A stretch of DNA of 64,000 nt, from NCBI GenBank assembly GCA_951406725.2, contig OX597822.1, forward strand, positions 58,032,001 to 58,096,000, in the 5' to 3' direction. Position numbers and translations under genes: made by a program. This DNA is from Octopus vulgaris (Eukaryota). Below, piece after piece: positions 1 to 12,589 of this stretch. The notes beneath the pieces were generated by a model that was not told the origin of the DNA, did not search any database, and worked only from the letters and a program-made list of their open reading frames with translations. Within the stretch, counting starts at the first letter, position 1. Each line of letters starts with the position of its first letter.

Positions 1-172
1 ATATATAAATATATATATGTGAGTACAGGACACCACAAATAGACGTAGAACTCAACGAGAAACGAAAACATAAAAACAAGGGAACGGACTTTTTTTAACA
101 ACAAAAAAACAGAACACAGGACAAACAACACATATATATATGTATATGTATATATATATGTATATGTATATA

Positions 173-244
<72 letters not shown>

Positions 245-267
245 TATATATATACATACATATATAT

Positions 268-298
<31 letters not shown>

Positions 299-299
<1 letters not shown>

Positions 300-680
300 T
301 CATTTATTTGTTTCAGTCATTTGACTGTAGCCATGCTGGAGCACCACTTTGAAGGATTTTAGTCAAACAAATTAAACCCAGGAGTTATTTTTTAAGCCTA
401 ATATTTATTCTATCAATCTCTTTTGCTGAACTGCTAAGTTACAGGGACATAAACACACCAACACCAGTTGTCAAGTGGTGATGAGTGGACTAATATAGAC
501 ACATAGACATAGATATATATACATATATGACAAGCTTCTTTCAGTTTCCATCTACTAAATCCACTCACAAGGCTTTGGTTGGCCCAAGGCTATAGTAGAA
601 GATGCTTGCCCAAGGAGCCATGCAGTGGGACTGAACCCAGAACCTTGTAGTTGGGAAGCAAGTTTCTTGCCACTTAGCCA
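299..680 (-). mobile_element. tRNA-derived CORE-type SINE (family A), diverged copy
   Basis: Reverse complement of the family seen at 37845 and 56800: tail ...gactgaaacaa, CORE-like tggctccttgggcaagcatcttc, B-box-like GGGTTCAGTCCC. CpG sites are decayed. Confidence 0.85.
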
Positions 681-1905
681 AGCTTGTGCCAGGTGAAATA
701 CTTAGCGGTATTTCGTCTGTCTTTACGTTGTGAGTTAAAATTCTGCTACGGTCGACTTTGCCTTTCATCCTTTCGGGGTCAATAAATTAAGTACCAGTTA
801 CGTTCTGGGGTCGATCTAATCAAAATTTTTCAATGTGCCTAGAGTAGAAAAGTATATATATATATATACATTAGAGTGGCCCTTATTTTTCAACCTTCTA
901 AAAGTTTAGTTCCCACTTCTCTATCTTACTCCAATTAACAAAAAAAAAAAAAAAAAAAGAAATCTATGCAAAATTTTAGCTCAATTGAACAACTACAAAG
1001 CAACTCTCATCAACCATGAAATTTTGAAGTTTTTGCCCAGAAAGTCATTTTTACAGATAAAGATTTTTTTCTCATATAAATTTCTTTTAAGTTAAAAACT
1101 TGGTCAGACTTATTCTTGTTTATAGAAGGATAAGTGACAATAAATATAATGGGGAAGGCAACTTGCAAAGCTGGGGACAGAGCGCAGGTATAGGGCAAAC
1201 ACAGGTCAGCGGCCAACCATGAACAAGTGATGTTGTGAGTTGCGTTTGTCCATTGAAAGAATTGTACTGCACCTAATGGTAGTGTAGAGAAATAAAATAT
1301 TAAGAAATATACGTTAGTGATAAACGGCAAATGGATCTTTTCCTTTATAGTTATGCTGGAGGTAGACACAGGTGAAGAAGAGGAAGAAGAAAAAATCAAC
1401 TGAAGAGGTACATTCTGCACCAAAATGACTTTTCTTCCTTTACAAACAACAAGTTCTTTGTGTTGTAGTTGGCATTAGGAAGGACATTCAACCATAGAAA
1501 CCATGCCACAACAGAGAATTGGAGTCTGGACAGCACCCAACTAGCCAACTTCATGTTAAACTGTTCAACCCATTCCAGTATGGAAAGCCGATGTTAAATG
1601 ATGATGATGATGACATTTTGACATCTGGCTGTGTAGGAAATATGTTATTTTACAAAAGCTCTCTATAAGTATCAAAATCCTTCCTCATTGTGTGTAGATT
1701 AGGTATGATCTACATTGGCTTAAGTATTTTGACTTCAGAACTCTGAAAGTAGTTTTCTAGTTTTCCTAAATTCTTCAATTCACTCAACTTAAAAATTTAC
1801 TATGTTGAAACTATAGCTTTTAACTGGAATGGCTGATGTATTTATTTTTATATATTATCTTATTTCCAACACTGAGTTCAGTTTTAAATATTAATCTCAT
1901 CCTAA

Positions 1906-2345
1906 AGGTGACAAGCTGGCAGAATTGTTAGCACACTGGCAAAATGCTTAGCAGCATTTCATCTGTCTGTGTGTTCTAAGTTTGAATTCTGCTGGGGTTG
2001 ATTTTGCCTTTCATCCTTGCAGGGTCAATAAATTAAGTACCAGTTGAGCACTAGGGATTAATGTAATTGACTTATCTCCTTCCCGAAACTTGCTGGCTTT
2101 GTGCCAAAATTTGAACCCAATATTTGTCTCATTCTAAGGTTGAGCAGGTAGATTTGTTACTGTGCAGGCAAAATGTTTAGTGGCAGGTCATCTCTCTTTA
2201 TGTTCTTAGTTCAAATTCCACCGAAGTTGACTTTGCCTTTCATTCTTTCAGGGTCAATAAGATAAGACCAGTTGTGCACTGGGCCAATGAAATTGACTTA
2301 CACCCTCCTCCAAACTGACAGGTCTTGTACCAAAATTTGAGACAA
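1906..2345 (+). mobile_element. Two tandem diverged SINEs (family B, Meta-domain-like)
   Basis: Head aaggtgacaagctggcagaa plus central gattttgcctttcatcct...gggtcaataaattaagtaccag, occurring twice (about 1906-2120 and 2137-2345). Confidence 0.8.
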
Positions 2346-2819
2346 TAGATCCCATAAAATTCAAAAGTTCATTGGACAAATTTCTTCAAAAAATCCTGGA
2401 CCAACCTCCTACACTCAGATGTGTCTTCAACAATAACTCTTTACTAGAGTGGGCCATGGTACCCTATATATGACTAAAAGACTTCATCAGGTGATGCTAT
2501 TAAGTTAGACATGGCCTGGACCTATATTGACCAAAAACTATCAAAGTTAATATTAGTCTCATTCTTGTGTTAGAGTTTTCTAATTTTCTTCATATCTGTG
2601 TGTGGTACCATAAGTTTCATCTCTAAGTATGTTAAAGAATGGTTCTGTAATAATTTCCTAAATTCAGAGAGTAAATCTAATTTAATGTTCTCAGTGTTAA
2701 TTAACGAACCTCTTTATTGCAATATTTGAATCAAAGAAACTTGTAGTTATTGGCCTCGTTTCTAATTCGCACACATTAGTAAATTAAAAAAATTTCATTG
2801 TTTTGTTTCTTCTTCATTT

Positions 2820-2970
2820 TTGTACGCGCGTGCGCGCGCGTTTATGAGACGTACAACGCCCATAACAATTTAAAAAACTTTTCGAAGCGATGTAATTTTT
2901 ATTTATTTAAGACAAAATTCGGAATCTGAATAAATTAATGCAGCCTACATCGGCAACAATTAACCAAAAG
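2820..2970 (+). promoter_or_regulatory. Putative promoter and non-coding first exon
   Basis: Abrupt CpG cluster (gtacgcgcgtgcgcgcgcg) in non-repeat sequence, followed by a consensus donor AAG|GTAAGT at 2971. Confidence 0.4.
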
Positions 2971-3492
2971 GTAAGTTTCTGGAATGTCGACGTTTAATTG
3001 ATGTGGAGAAAGAAAAGTTTCTAAGTTTCAACTGAACAGAAAAACAAAAAGGTTGAAGAAATTGCTATGAACAATTGATAAAGAGGAAATACACAACGAA
3101 GCAGCGTGTATGCGGGAAAAGATATATAGTGTAAAAAGAAGAGGGACAGAATAAGAAGGCGAAATAAACAGGAACTTGACGGCCATGGGAACCTGGTTAG
3201 TGTTGTGAGGTAGAGGAAGAGGTCAAAATAGTGGGACGTTAAAAAAATAAGCGAACACACAGATACAGCCACAGAGCGAGTGTATTAACGGTAACAGTAA
3301 CAAACACACAGACACAGGCGTAGTGTCGGACACTTTTTGAACACACACACACATACAATATTGCCTACATACGCACATATACAGCTGTACATGCACACAC
3401 ACATTAAAATAACCGGTGCACGAGGTTATGGAAAAACACGTAAAGAAAAACAGACAAGGAAAAGTACTGAGAAGATCAATAGATGCGGTGTC

Positions 3493-3910
3493 GGATCTTT
3501 CCGGTTTGAACGGCAGTTTTTAACATAATTTCTAGGTAACTAAAAAATTTTAAACTTCGTATACTGGTAGAATGTGTTTATAAAACATCTTTTTCTCTTG
3601 GCTTTATTGAGAAAATTCTATAGTTTGTAAGATATTTGTTGTTGTTTTTCTTCAATTTCTGCAATTTCAACCAATCAGTGACGTGTATTGAGGTAAAAAA
3701 AAATATTCTGTGCCGTATGAATACGTCCCTCGTTTAAGAAATAGATTGGGTTTATTTACATTTGTGAAGAAAAAAAGATACCCTTCGCCCCACCCCTAAC
3801 TAACCCTAACCCAGATTGAAATGCAATAGATCGATACTAGGGTCATAATTATGGGTGACAATTTCATATGACACAGCTAGAAAAAACTGCCGTTCAAACC
3901 GAAAAGATCC
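3493..3910. mobile_element. MITE with GG...CC termini and 8-bp TSD (Merlin/MULE-like)
   Basis: About 30-bp TIRs ggatctttccggtttgaacggcagttttt / aaaaactgccgttcaaaccgaaaagatcc. TSD gcggtgtc at 3485-3492 and 3911-3918. Internal ccctaactaaccctaaccc. Confidence 0.92.
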
Positions 3911-4875
3911 GCGGTGTCTGTTCTACGTATTTTTTTTTTTTTTTTTTGTGACAGCAGTGAGTAATTAAGAAAAATTAAGTTATTATTTCCAGCAAATCAA
4001 ACGACCACTTGAGGCCATCGTTATCTCAAAGTCCCGGCAATGTCCGTGCGTGTGTATGTGTGAGTATCCTGAAGGAAAATAGTTTTTGAAATCGACAGCA
4101 GATGGTCGGAAAGTCTACGCGCATATGGAAATACTTTGATTTTGATATTAATATACGGCGGAATTCTTATTTAAGCACTCCATATAACCTCTCATAACTT
4201 TTATATTTTCTGGAATTCTCAAAAATTTTTTGCGAATTTGTGTTCTACGCACGGGAATTAATGCGGTTTTAGACACACTGTTATGTACTGTTCCATATAG
4301 TGTTATAAATTTCAGACTTTACGGGTTCGTTACTATGTTGTCATTAATTTCTTCCACCAAAGTGGTTGTGATTTTTGTAATTAGCATGAAAAACTACGTG
4401 TTTGTGTAGAAATTTTTCGTACAATCGAAAGAAGTTAATCAATGCTGTATGGTTAAGAAGGTTATTTTGTAACCATGTGGTTTTGGGTTCAGTCCTACGT
4501 TGCGGTATTTTGGGCGAGTGTCTTCTATTATAACCTCGGACCGACCAATGCCTTGTGTGTAAATTTTGTTGACGGAAACTGTGTGGAAGCTTGTTGTGCA
4601 TACACATATCTTTTTTACTAGTTTCAGTCATCAGATTGCAGCTATGTTAGGGTACCGCATTGCAATACTTATTTCTTAAGCCTGGTACTTATTCTATTGG
4701 TCTCTTTTGCCGAACCGTTAAGTTACTGGGACATAAACACACTAACAAGCGATGGTGGCACACACAAACGCATACACAGTTATATATACATACAACAAGC
4801 TTCTTTCGGTTTCTGTCTACTAAATCCACTTACAAGGCTTTGGTCAGCTTGAGGCTATAGCAGAAGACACTTTCC

Positions 4876-5283
4876 GGATCTTTTCGGTTTAAACGGCAGT
4901 TTTTTCTAGCGGTGTCATATGAAATTGTCACCCATAATTATGACCCTAGTATCGATCTATTGCATTTCAATCTGTTTTAGGGTTAGGGGTGGGGGAAGGG
5001 TATCTTTTTCTTCACAAATGTAAATAAACCCAATCTGTTTCTTAAACGAGAGACATATTCATACGGCACAATGTTTTTTTTTTACCTAAATGGACGTCAT
5101 TGATTGGTTGAAATTGCAGAAATTGAAGAAAAAACAACAAATATCTTACAAACTATAGAATTTTCTCAATAAAGCCAAGAGAAAAAGATGTTTTATAAAC
5201 ACATTCTACCAGTATACGAAGTTTAAAATTTTTTAGTTACCTAGAAATTATGTTAAAAACTGCCGTTCAAACCAAAAAGATCC
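4876..5283. mobile_element. Second copy of the same MITE, inverted relative to 3493-3910
   Basis: Same TIRs; TSD cactttcc at 4868-4875 and 5284-5291; interrupts a family A SINE (about 4613-4875). Confidence 0.92.
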
Positions 5284-5780
5284 CACTTTCCCCTTTTTAA
5301 ATTTTGAAATTATTTTTATACATGAATATATACATCCCCTTTATAATGCCCCACTTTCGCATATACTCATAGGCCGAAAATAACATTATAAGATACTCAG
5401 GTCTAAAAACAAAAGAAATATTTATCAACATTGGCATAGGAGTGGCTCTGTGGTAAGTAGCTTGCTTATGAACCACATGGTTCTGGGTTCAGTCCCACTG
5501 CATGGCACCTTGGACAAGTGTCTTTCTTCTACTATAACCTCGGGCCGACCGAAGCCCTGTAAGTGGATTTGGTAGACGGAAACTGAAAGAAGCCCGTCGT
5601 ATATATGTATATATATATATATATATATATTACGGAGATGTACTCGCATAGCAAGTGATTTGATCTGAGATCGTGTGCTGGAACGAAAACAATTGCAGCG
5701 TGGAAGGTGTTTGTAAGCCATTTAAGAAACACCAAAGCCGTTCGATTCACTTCAACATTTGAGTTTAATTTATCAAAATA

Positions 5781-8700
5781 CTAGCAGAATTGCCCGGCGA
5801 TGCTTGGGGCTGAATTACTTGAAAGTACTGTTAATGATTGCACTGAATTATGATGATTATTCAGGCAAATATTGATATAAGTTTATGGCGAATGAATGTA
5901 TTTGTAAGTGTATAGAAAGCCGTGTAAAGGGGTTCCTACCCCCCCCCCCCGTAGAATGGTGTAAGAATTGAATGCGAGGTTGCCTTGAAAAGAGCCATGT
6001 TATTGTTCTCATAATTGTAAGAATTTGATAGTCGTGGAAGGCGGTGTAAAACGTTCACAGGTGAATAGGGTCTCTTCGTTTTCCACGAACGGCAGCGGAT
6101 GTGCTGTTACAAATCTTCATGCTGTGTTAAAAGAGAATGAATGCCCTATGCATCCATTCCCCTATAGCAAGTGGGGAATGAAGCATAGGTAAGTAAATAT
6201 GGGTAATTTATAAAATATAGAACAATAGCATCTACTCAACATATGTCAGACCGGCAAGACTGTAGTGGTGCTGAATAGATGAATCACAACACAGTGGTGG
6301 AGATGTTTTCATTGATGGGCGTTATGATTAAATTTGTTGTTGTATAAAATGATCTGTTGCTTAGTTTCCAAAGTGTATGTTGCGATCGTGTTGTCGCTTA
6401 TGTAAACTTTAACAGTGAGAGTGTAGATGTAGGGGGTAGATGTGTCATGTACGTTGGATATAGAAGATGAGGCTGGTGGTTTGATGATGAATGGATAGAA
6501 ATAGAGGTGAGCGAAGGACAGGTGTTGGTTAAGTGTGAATTAATGTCATGAAACGCCTAAAAATGTAAATGCCATCATAAAAGAGAGTCGTATGTAAGTG
6601 AAATACTAACGTGTTCGAAAATGATGAAACGTAGTAATCCTATAAAACCTCCTTGTACACAATGTTTTTTGTTTTTTGTTGTGGAACGAATGCGAAAGCA
6701 TCACTGTTGCTGCCAACACGTGAGCAGGCAACATAAAGCTGACCATGAGAGAAACATGGCTCTCCCAAATGAATCCCGCCACAGACAGTGTTTGACCCTG
6801 CGCTTTGTTCATTGACATTGCGAAACATGGCCTTACTGGGAACTGGGACCTCCGAAATATGAAAGGTAGGTCTGCTCTTGATGGGAAAAGATGCATCGTA
6901 GGTATGAGCACAACGTTGCCTCGACCGCACCCTGTGATAATGGTGGCCTCAATCGGATTGGGAGATAAGGACTTAACGATCAAACGTGTGCCATTGCATT
7001 GTTTTGGGGGAACCAAATTTCTAATGAGTTTTATAGGGGCACCAACTTTAAGTTTGAGAATGTGTGGTGGTAGTCAGGGGGACTCAAAGGAATTGAGTAC
7101 CTCTATTGGATAGTTGAGGACGTCCTCTGGGTCAGGAGTTGTATTGATAGTCTTATATACATAGACATCCCCAGGAATGAGTTTTAGCATTTCATCATTA
7201 ATATGGTGAACAGTTTTATTCCTCGGGGCCAGAATAGCCCTTTGGCCAATCCAATCCATATTCTGATAATTAGCTTGTAGATCTGGGAATACAGCATCTC
7301 TGAGATCAGAAGGCGTTTTAACAATGGTACAAATGGAATCGTTGGCAATATTACCATTTTCATCCCCTGGTATTTTGCCTTTGCCAAGTGCAAGGAGGGT
7401 GTGAGAAAATGCTGCTGATGTGATATCACGTCGAATATGAGCACGCATATTGGTGTGAAGTTTGAGAGTCTTCACCAGTGGCCACAATGTGGATGACTTA
7501 AGACACGCACTTACTGCATCAGCTCTAGTCCCTTTGGGAATAACAGGAAGTGTTTGTCGGAAGTCCCCTGAAAGAAGAAGTGATGAAGAGTGTTTGATGT
7601 CTCTGAGAGATCTATCTAGTGCCTCAAGAGCACCTCTGTGGGCCATCGTGCATTCATCCCAAACGATAAGTTTGCATCGTCTGAAGACTTCTGCCTGATC
7701 GGAGCTGTTACTGATGTTGCAAGTTGGTGTCTCAGTCATCGCTAAGTCAAGCGGGAGCTTGAAAGTGGAGTGAGCTGTCCTGCCGCCTGGCAACAAAGTA
7801 GCCACAATTCCAGATGATGCCACAGCTAGGGCAATGCCTTGTGTTCGCGTAATCTCAGCCAATATTAATTTGTTGACAAAAGTTTTCCCAGTGCCCCCAG
7901 GAGCGTCCAGGAAAAAAATTCCCCCAGCTTTGAATCGGACTGAATTAACAACGGAGTTGTAAGCGAACTTCTGTTCTGGAAGGAGCTTTGGCTCATTGTC
8001 AGCTATGTACTCGGCAAGCTCGTCAACATTAAAACATGTCTCACGCAGCAAATGTGAAGACAGAGTGTTTGTGCCTTCCCGGTTTGTTGAAGGTAGGCCA
8101 TAGACCGGCAAGGCACTACCGCCCATATCAAGTAAAGTATCTTCGAGCGTAGTTTGTTACCACACAGCCACACCTGCCCCTATGTATGTGTGTGTGTGTG
8201 TGTGTGTGCGTATGGGTAGATATATTATGCATGTATATATGTGTATATATATATGTGTACATATTACATGTACATCTATATATATACATCTACACATAAA
8301 ATACAAAATACAAAGTTATATCTTGATATCGCTAGTGATAACAATACTCAAAGTATATAACAGACTGGAATTGTAGGCCCGTCTCTTGCAATTTCGATCA
8401 ATTGGATCTTGACCTCCCTCTTGTATAGAAGTGTACGGCTGCAGCGAAATTCATTTTTGGACTTTCTTCTATCGAAGGCATTTAAACAAAAATGCTTCTG
8501 TAAAGACGGTGAAAATATTGTCAATTGCCCCAAACAGGGGCACAATTCAATTTTTAAACAATAAGCAAAGCCCCTTCTCTGAAAGGGGGAGGGTTACGGT
8601 TTACAATTATTTAACAAATGCAACACAACAACGTTTCCCTGACGAAGAACCAACAAACGTGATTACAATAGTCAAACAGTAATAATAACAACAAACCTTT

Positions 8701-9215
8701 TTAATTTATCCCCATTTATGTGAAACCACTTATTCAAGTTGAAGTCATTGATGCAATTTTATACGAATTGCTAATACACACACACACATAATAAGGGTGA
8801 AAAATTGAATATTAATTTGATTAATATGAATTGAAAACCAGTGGTGTAGCATATAAGACCATAGCGGATCTTCCTCTAGCAAAAAGGATGACCAGTATTA
8901 ATGGCTCATCCCTGTTATATAAATACTTTCACTTTAATTGTTGCACACTTGCAAAGAGAAAGTGGGAGAAAGTGTGGTGGTAATGGAAGGAGTGAAGCAC
9001 TTGAAATGAGAGAGGCAAATCGTAAAATATTGAGTTTTCTCGAATTTTTGCTTAATTGGGGGTCAAATTGAAAAAAACTTTACATGCCATGACCCAATCG
9101 AATCTACTTGGAAAAATCATAGGTAAATTCCAATTGAAGAAATTCTATATTGTAGAATTGTATTAAAAAGAAACATGGGAACAGGCAGAGAAAATCTGCT
9201 TTTTATCATAAGAGA
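5781..9215 (-). mobile_element. Helitron, internally deleted
   Basis: Minus strand reads A|TCTCTT...CTAG|T, the canonical 5' TC and 3' CTAG inserted in an AT dinucleotide with no TSD. GC-rich subterminal hairpin (cccaagcatcgccggg). Contains PIF1 helicase sequence. Confidence 0.93.
6640..8126 (-). pseudogene. Helitron RepHel PIF1-like helicase domain, frameshifted
   Basis: Motifs FLDAPGGTGKT, VASSGIVATLLPGGRTAHS, IVWDECTM, GDFRQTLPV, CNGTRL, QFPVRPCFAMSMNKAQGQTL and FSHGQLYVACSRV are spread over three frames. No Rep domain. Confidence 0.93.
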
Positions 9216-9326
9216 TTTTCGTCGCTAAAATCCGCGACCTATTCACTGATAAAAATCCGTGCTGCATCAATGAATCGAACGGCTTTTGTGTGTTTCTCAA
9301 ATGGCTTACAAACACCTTCCACGCTG

Positions 9327-9378
<52 letters not shown>

Positions 9379-9589
9379 ATGTTTGTGTGCCTGTGTTTGT
9401 CCCCCAACATCGCTTGACAACCAATGCTGGTGTGTTAATGTCCCTGTAGCTTAGCGGCTTGGCAAAAGAGACCGATGGAATAAGTACTAGGCTTACAAAG
9501 AATAAGTCCTGGGGGCGATTTGCTTGACTAAAGGAGTGCTCCAGTATGGCCACAGTCAAATGACTGAAGCAAGTAAAAGAGTAACATGC

Positions 9590-10450
9590 AGTACACTAAC
9601 TCAGTCTCCATAAAAACACAAGGGTTCATTATAGAACAATGAACACCTATAGAGAAACCTACAGACCAACAACCTCTACACCCAAGCAAATCTTTTGGTG
9701 AATATCAAGGCAAGATAGGAATATGTCCTATACTAACAACACCATGACTAATAATCACCAGCTTCCAAATAAAAATAGGAACTTCCCTAAATAACAAGTA
9801 CAGGGTTTCACTAGCTAAAACATACCTCCTACTTACATTCCTTTGTGAACCTCTAAAATATTCCATTACAAAAAAGTTGACACACCCAGTTATTAAACTT
9901 CTAAATACTGGACATTGAACCTTTGATCTTTACGTTGTCAAAGCAAAGGATTAAATTGAATAAAACCAAAAATAACTGAACTACTAAAGCACCCTGTGCC
10001 TACCAAACAAAGGACACACCTAAACATACACTTGCTTACAAAGCCCTACTTACATGAGTAAATTCCAAACAATAACATAACCCAAATTTTAATATAAATT
10101 TCTCCAAAACACTTCTCCATAACAACCCACCCTAAAACCTAATTACCACCCCACTTAAACCCACGTACCCAAAGAAGACTTTAACCTGTAGATGGATAGG
10201 TTGTATTCCATGTAATGTAACTACTTAGAAGGCTGTAATATCATTTGACAGGAACACGGTATAAGGAAATACATGGAACAAGGTGGTAACTTTAAATACC
10301 TTTAATGTGGTCACAAATATACTAGCTGATGGTAAATGGAAATGGCTGATGAGCATTTATTCATATATCTACATGCATCTGTATGGGTTGTATGTTAGCT
10401 GTTAACCCTGATGAGGAAGATCATGAACTGCGATATGTTAGAACCTGTGC
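9590..10450 (+). mobile_element. Possible highly degraded Penelope-like element relic
   Basis: A/C-rich decayed-coding-like sequence ending near a ctgatga remnant at about 10408. No intact protein motif. Confidence 0.25.
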
Positions 10451-10809
10451 AGTGTGTTGGTGTTGGTGAGAGACATGATGGTGGCAACAAAGATGGAGGT
10501 AGCTGTAATGTGGTCAGTGGTTAGACCTTAGTAGGTCTGGAACCAACAGACTCCGAGACTAGGAGGAAGCGAGTTTTTATAGCCGATGGCAGGCTCCAAT
10601 GGAGTTTAGAACAGACTGTCTCACATGATTTATTTGGAGGCTGCAATTGGTTAGGTTGCATATTGGCACATGATAGAGTAAGAGACAAATTGTATGAATA
10701 CCAACCAATTAGAGTGGTAGACACAACGGGGTCCAAAACAGTGCCCAAAGGTTAGCTGTTATCTGCTATGTTCATATGTATGTATATATAATAGAGAGAT
10801 AGGTAGCGG

Positions 10810-11200
10810 GTAGCGATTTTCTTCACTACTTCAAGGAGTGACGACCCTGCCTGACACGAGTCCCAGGCTCAGCTGGGTCCAGCTGACAGTACCTGGTATG
10901 GGCCCCTATCCAGAGTTATGGAAAGGAGACAATCTTCAAAGAAATCCAAAGTGGAGCCCCATAGGCAGTTTAGTGTTCGACTCAACACTTTTGCAGCAAC
11001 TCCTGCAACCAAGTTGGTGCCAAACATTATGCTGTGCACTCCTTTGGACTATGTCAGCGAGGTCGAAAGAGGAATCCTGACGATTGGGCTACCCAGGATT
11101 TTCTTACATCTAGCCCAGGCCTGCACAAAGCTGGAGAGGACATGAAATGTAAAAGCCAGACTGGATTAGTTTATGTGCAACTCCATTGTCTCCCGAGACA
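10810..11200. mobile_element. Probable LINE (RTE-like) 5' region relic
   Basis: GC-richer block that resembles RTE 5' leader sequence by recall only. No coding motif. Confidence 0.3.
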
Positions 11201-11459
11201 AAAGGATGCCAACAACAGTAGAGAGAGAAAGTACACTAGAGTTCTCTACAAACCCAATAGAGACTATATAAAACCAAGATTAACGCTAATGCATCGTAGT
11301 CCAGTGATAGCTTAAATGGCTGAAACTTCAATGTCATTGGCAACAATATTCTTGTTTAAGAATAAACTTGTACTCTACAAAAGTATAGAGTAAACCCTTG
11401 TATTAATATAAAATTGTTATTATAATTATAAAATAAATCATTAACTTATATATATATAT

Positions 11460-12511
11460 TTTAAAATTATAAGTATATGAAAGAATGGAGTTGAACGACT
11501 AGTTAACAAATATCCTTTATTTTCGACATATGTTTCGAAGGCTGCATATTTCTAATTCTGAAGGAATAAGGAATACATTATGCAGATTTCTCATCAGGAA
11601 AATCAAGGAACTTATGTCGACATCAAAATGCACAAAAAACTTTTAGCTGACCGCTCTCAAGGAGCCCATGGCGCTAATGAGTGTCTCTTTATAAGGAGTG
11701 ACGTCAGAGTGGCTGAATGTAGAAGAATCTAAAAGGTTCTAAAGGTTCAAGGGTTCAAACGAAGTAGGAGGAGGGAGGCATAAGAATAGTAAGGTGAGAG
11801 AGTGCAGGTCAAAAGAATGGTGGGTTTAAATGATTTCTTTTATGAATGAGTGTCTGTGTGTGTGACTGTATATAACTGTCTTAATGTGTGTATGTGTGTG
11901 TCTGAATGCGTGATTGTGTTTGTGGATGGGTAGATGTCAGAAAACTGACAGCTGTGAGGTGGGAGGTCTGTGTCTGTGTGTTCGATTATGTTTACTGTAG
12001 AGAAAGGAAAGTAGATAGCGAAAGGGAGAAAGAATCGGGCGAGGTGAGAGGCAATGCAAGAATGGATAGTAGTAATTAGGAATATAAGAAAATCTTTTTG
12101 ACTATTGGGGTGAAATATAGCAAAAATTTTTTTGGAAATCGAGGGGTTATCTATATTAGTCACTATTTATATGAGTGAAAGGTGTGTCTTTTCCAGTGTA
12201 AACACCTGTAGGATCTTTCGACGATTGTATTTATTAAAGGGACTTTGGCAAACAAAATATGAAAAAGTTCGGAATTACAGATGCCACAAAATTTTCTGCC
12301 TTTATCAAACGGGAAGGACACCGACAAAATGGACCATTCGAGCTTGAATGTAGTGTTATTGTTCTTCCTTGATTTTCCTGATGAGAAATCTGCATAATGT
12401 ACTCCTTCATATTTTGTTCGCCAAAGTCCCTTTAATAAATACAATCGTCGAAAGATCCTACAGGTGTTTACACTGGAAAAGACACACCTTTCACTCATAT
12501 AAATAGTGACT
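11460..12511 (-). mobile_element. Penelope-like element 3' end/pLTR with inverted 5' segment
   Basis: Adjacent to (TA)n. Contains a minimal hammerhead, a 106-bp inverted duplication (12158-12263 / 12406-12511) and an inverted partial pLTR (12365-12407). Confidence 0.7.
11513..11609 (-). ncRNA. Minimal type I hammerhead ribozyme
   Basis: Minus strand: uccuugauuuuc-CUGAUGA-gaaaucugcaua...uaugcagccuuc-GAAA-cauaug-UC-gaaaauaaagga. Stem I is 11 of 12 bp, stem II is closed by G-C, stem III is a minimal palindrome, and the cleavage triplet is GUC. Confidence 0.88.
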
Positions 12512-12589
12512 CCTAGAATTCCCTCACTCTTTCTATTTCTTCTGAAGACATCAACTTGCAGCCATTCAAGTGAAACTTCAATCCCATAG

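Larger units (their letters stand above)
5631..9328 (-). mobile_element. Short Penelope-like non-autonomous element (5631-5780 plus 9216-9328), interrupted by a Helitron
   Basis: Joining 5780|9216 rebuilds a sequence matching the uninterrupted copy at about 61005-61156. Positions 9269-9328 are an inverted partial copy of 5692-5750. It carries a hammerhead-like fold. Confidence 0.65.
5435..9583 (+). mobile_element. Family A SINE split by nested insertions (head 5435-5630, tail 9329-9583)
   Basis: The head (A box TGGCTCTGTGG, B box GGTTCAGTCCC, CORE) ends in (TA)n at 5630. The (TA)n/(TG)n tract and the normal 3' half resume at 9329. Confidence 0.85.

Noticed and set aside
52-362. ORFs rich in IY/CV/TH repeats (also 13007-13258 and 30610-31130)
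   Set aside because: They are translations of (TA)n, (TG)n and (CA)n microsatellites.
3790-3815. Telomeric repeat or telomerase template-like ccctaac
   Set aside because: Internal to a TIR-bounded MITE present in multiple copies.
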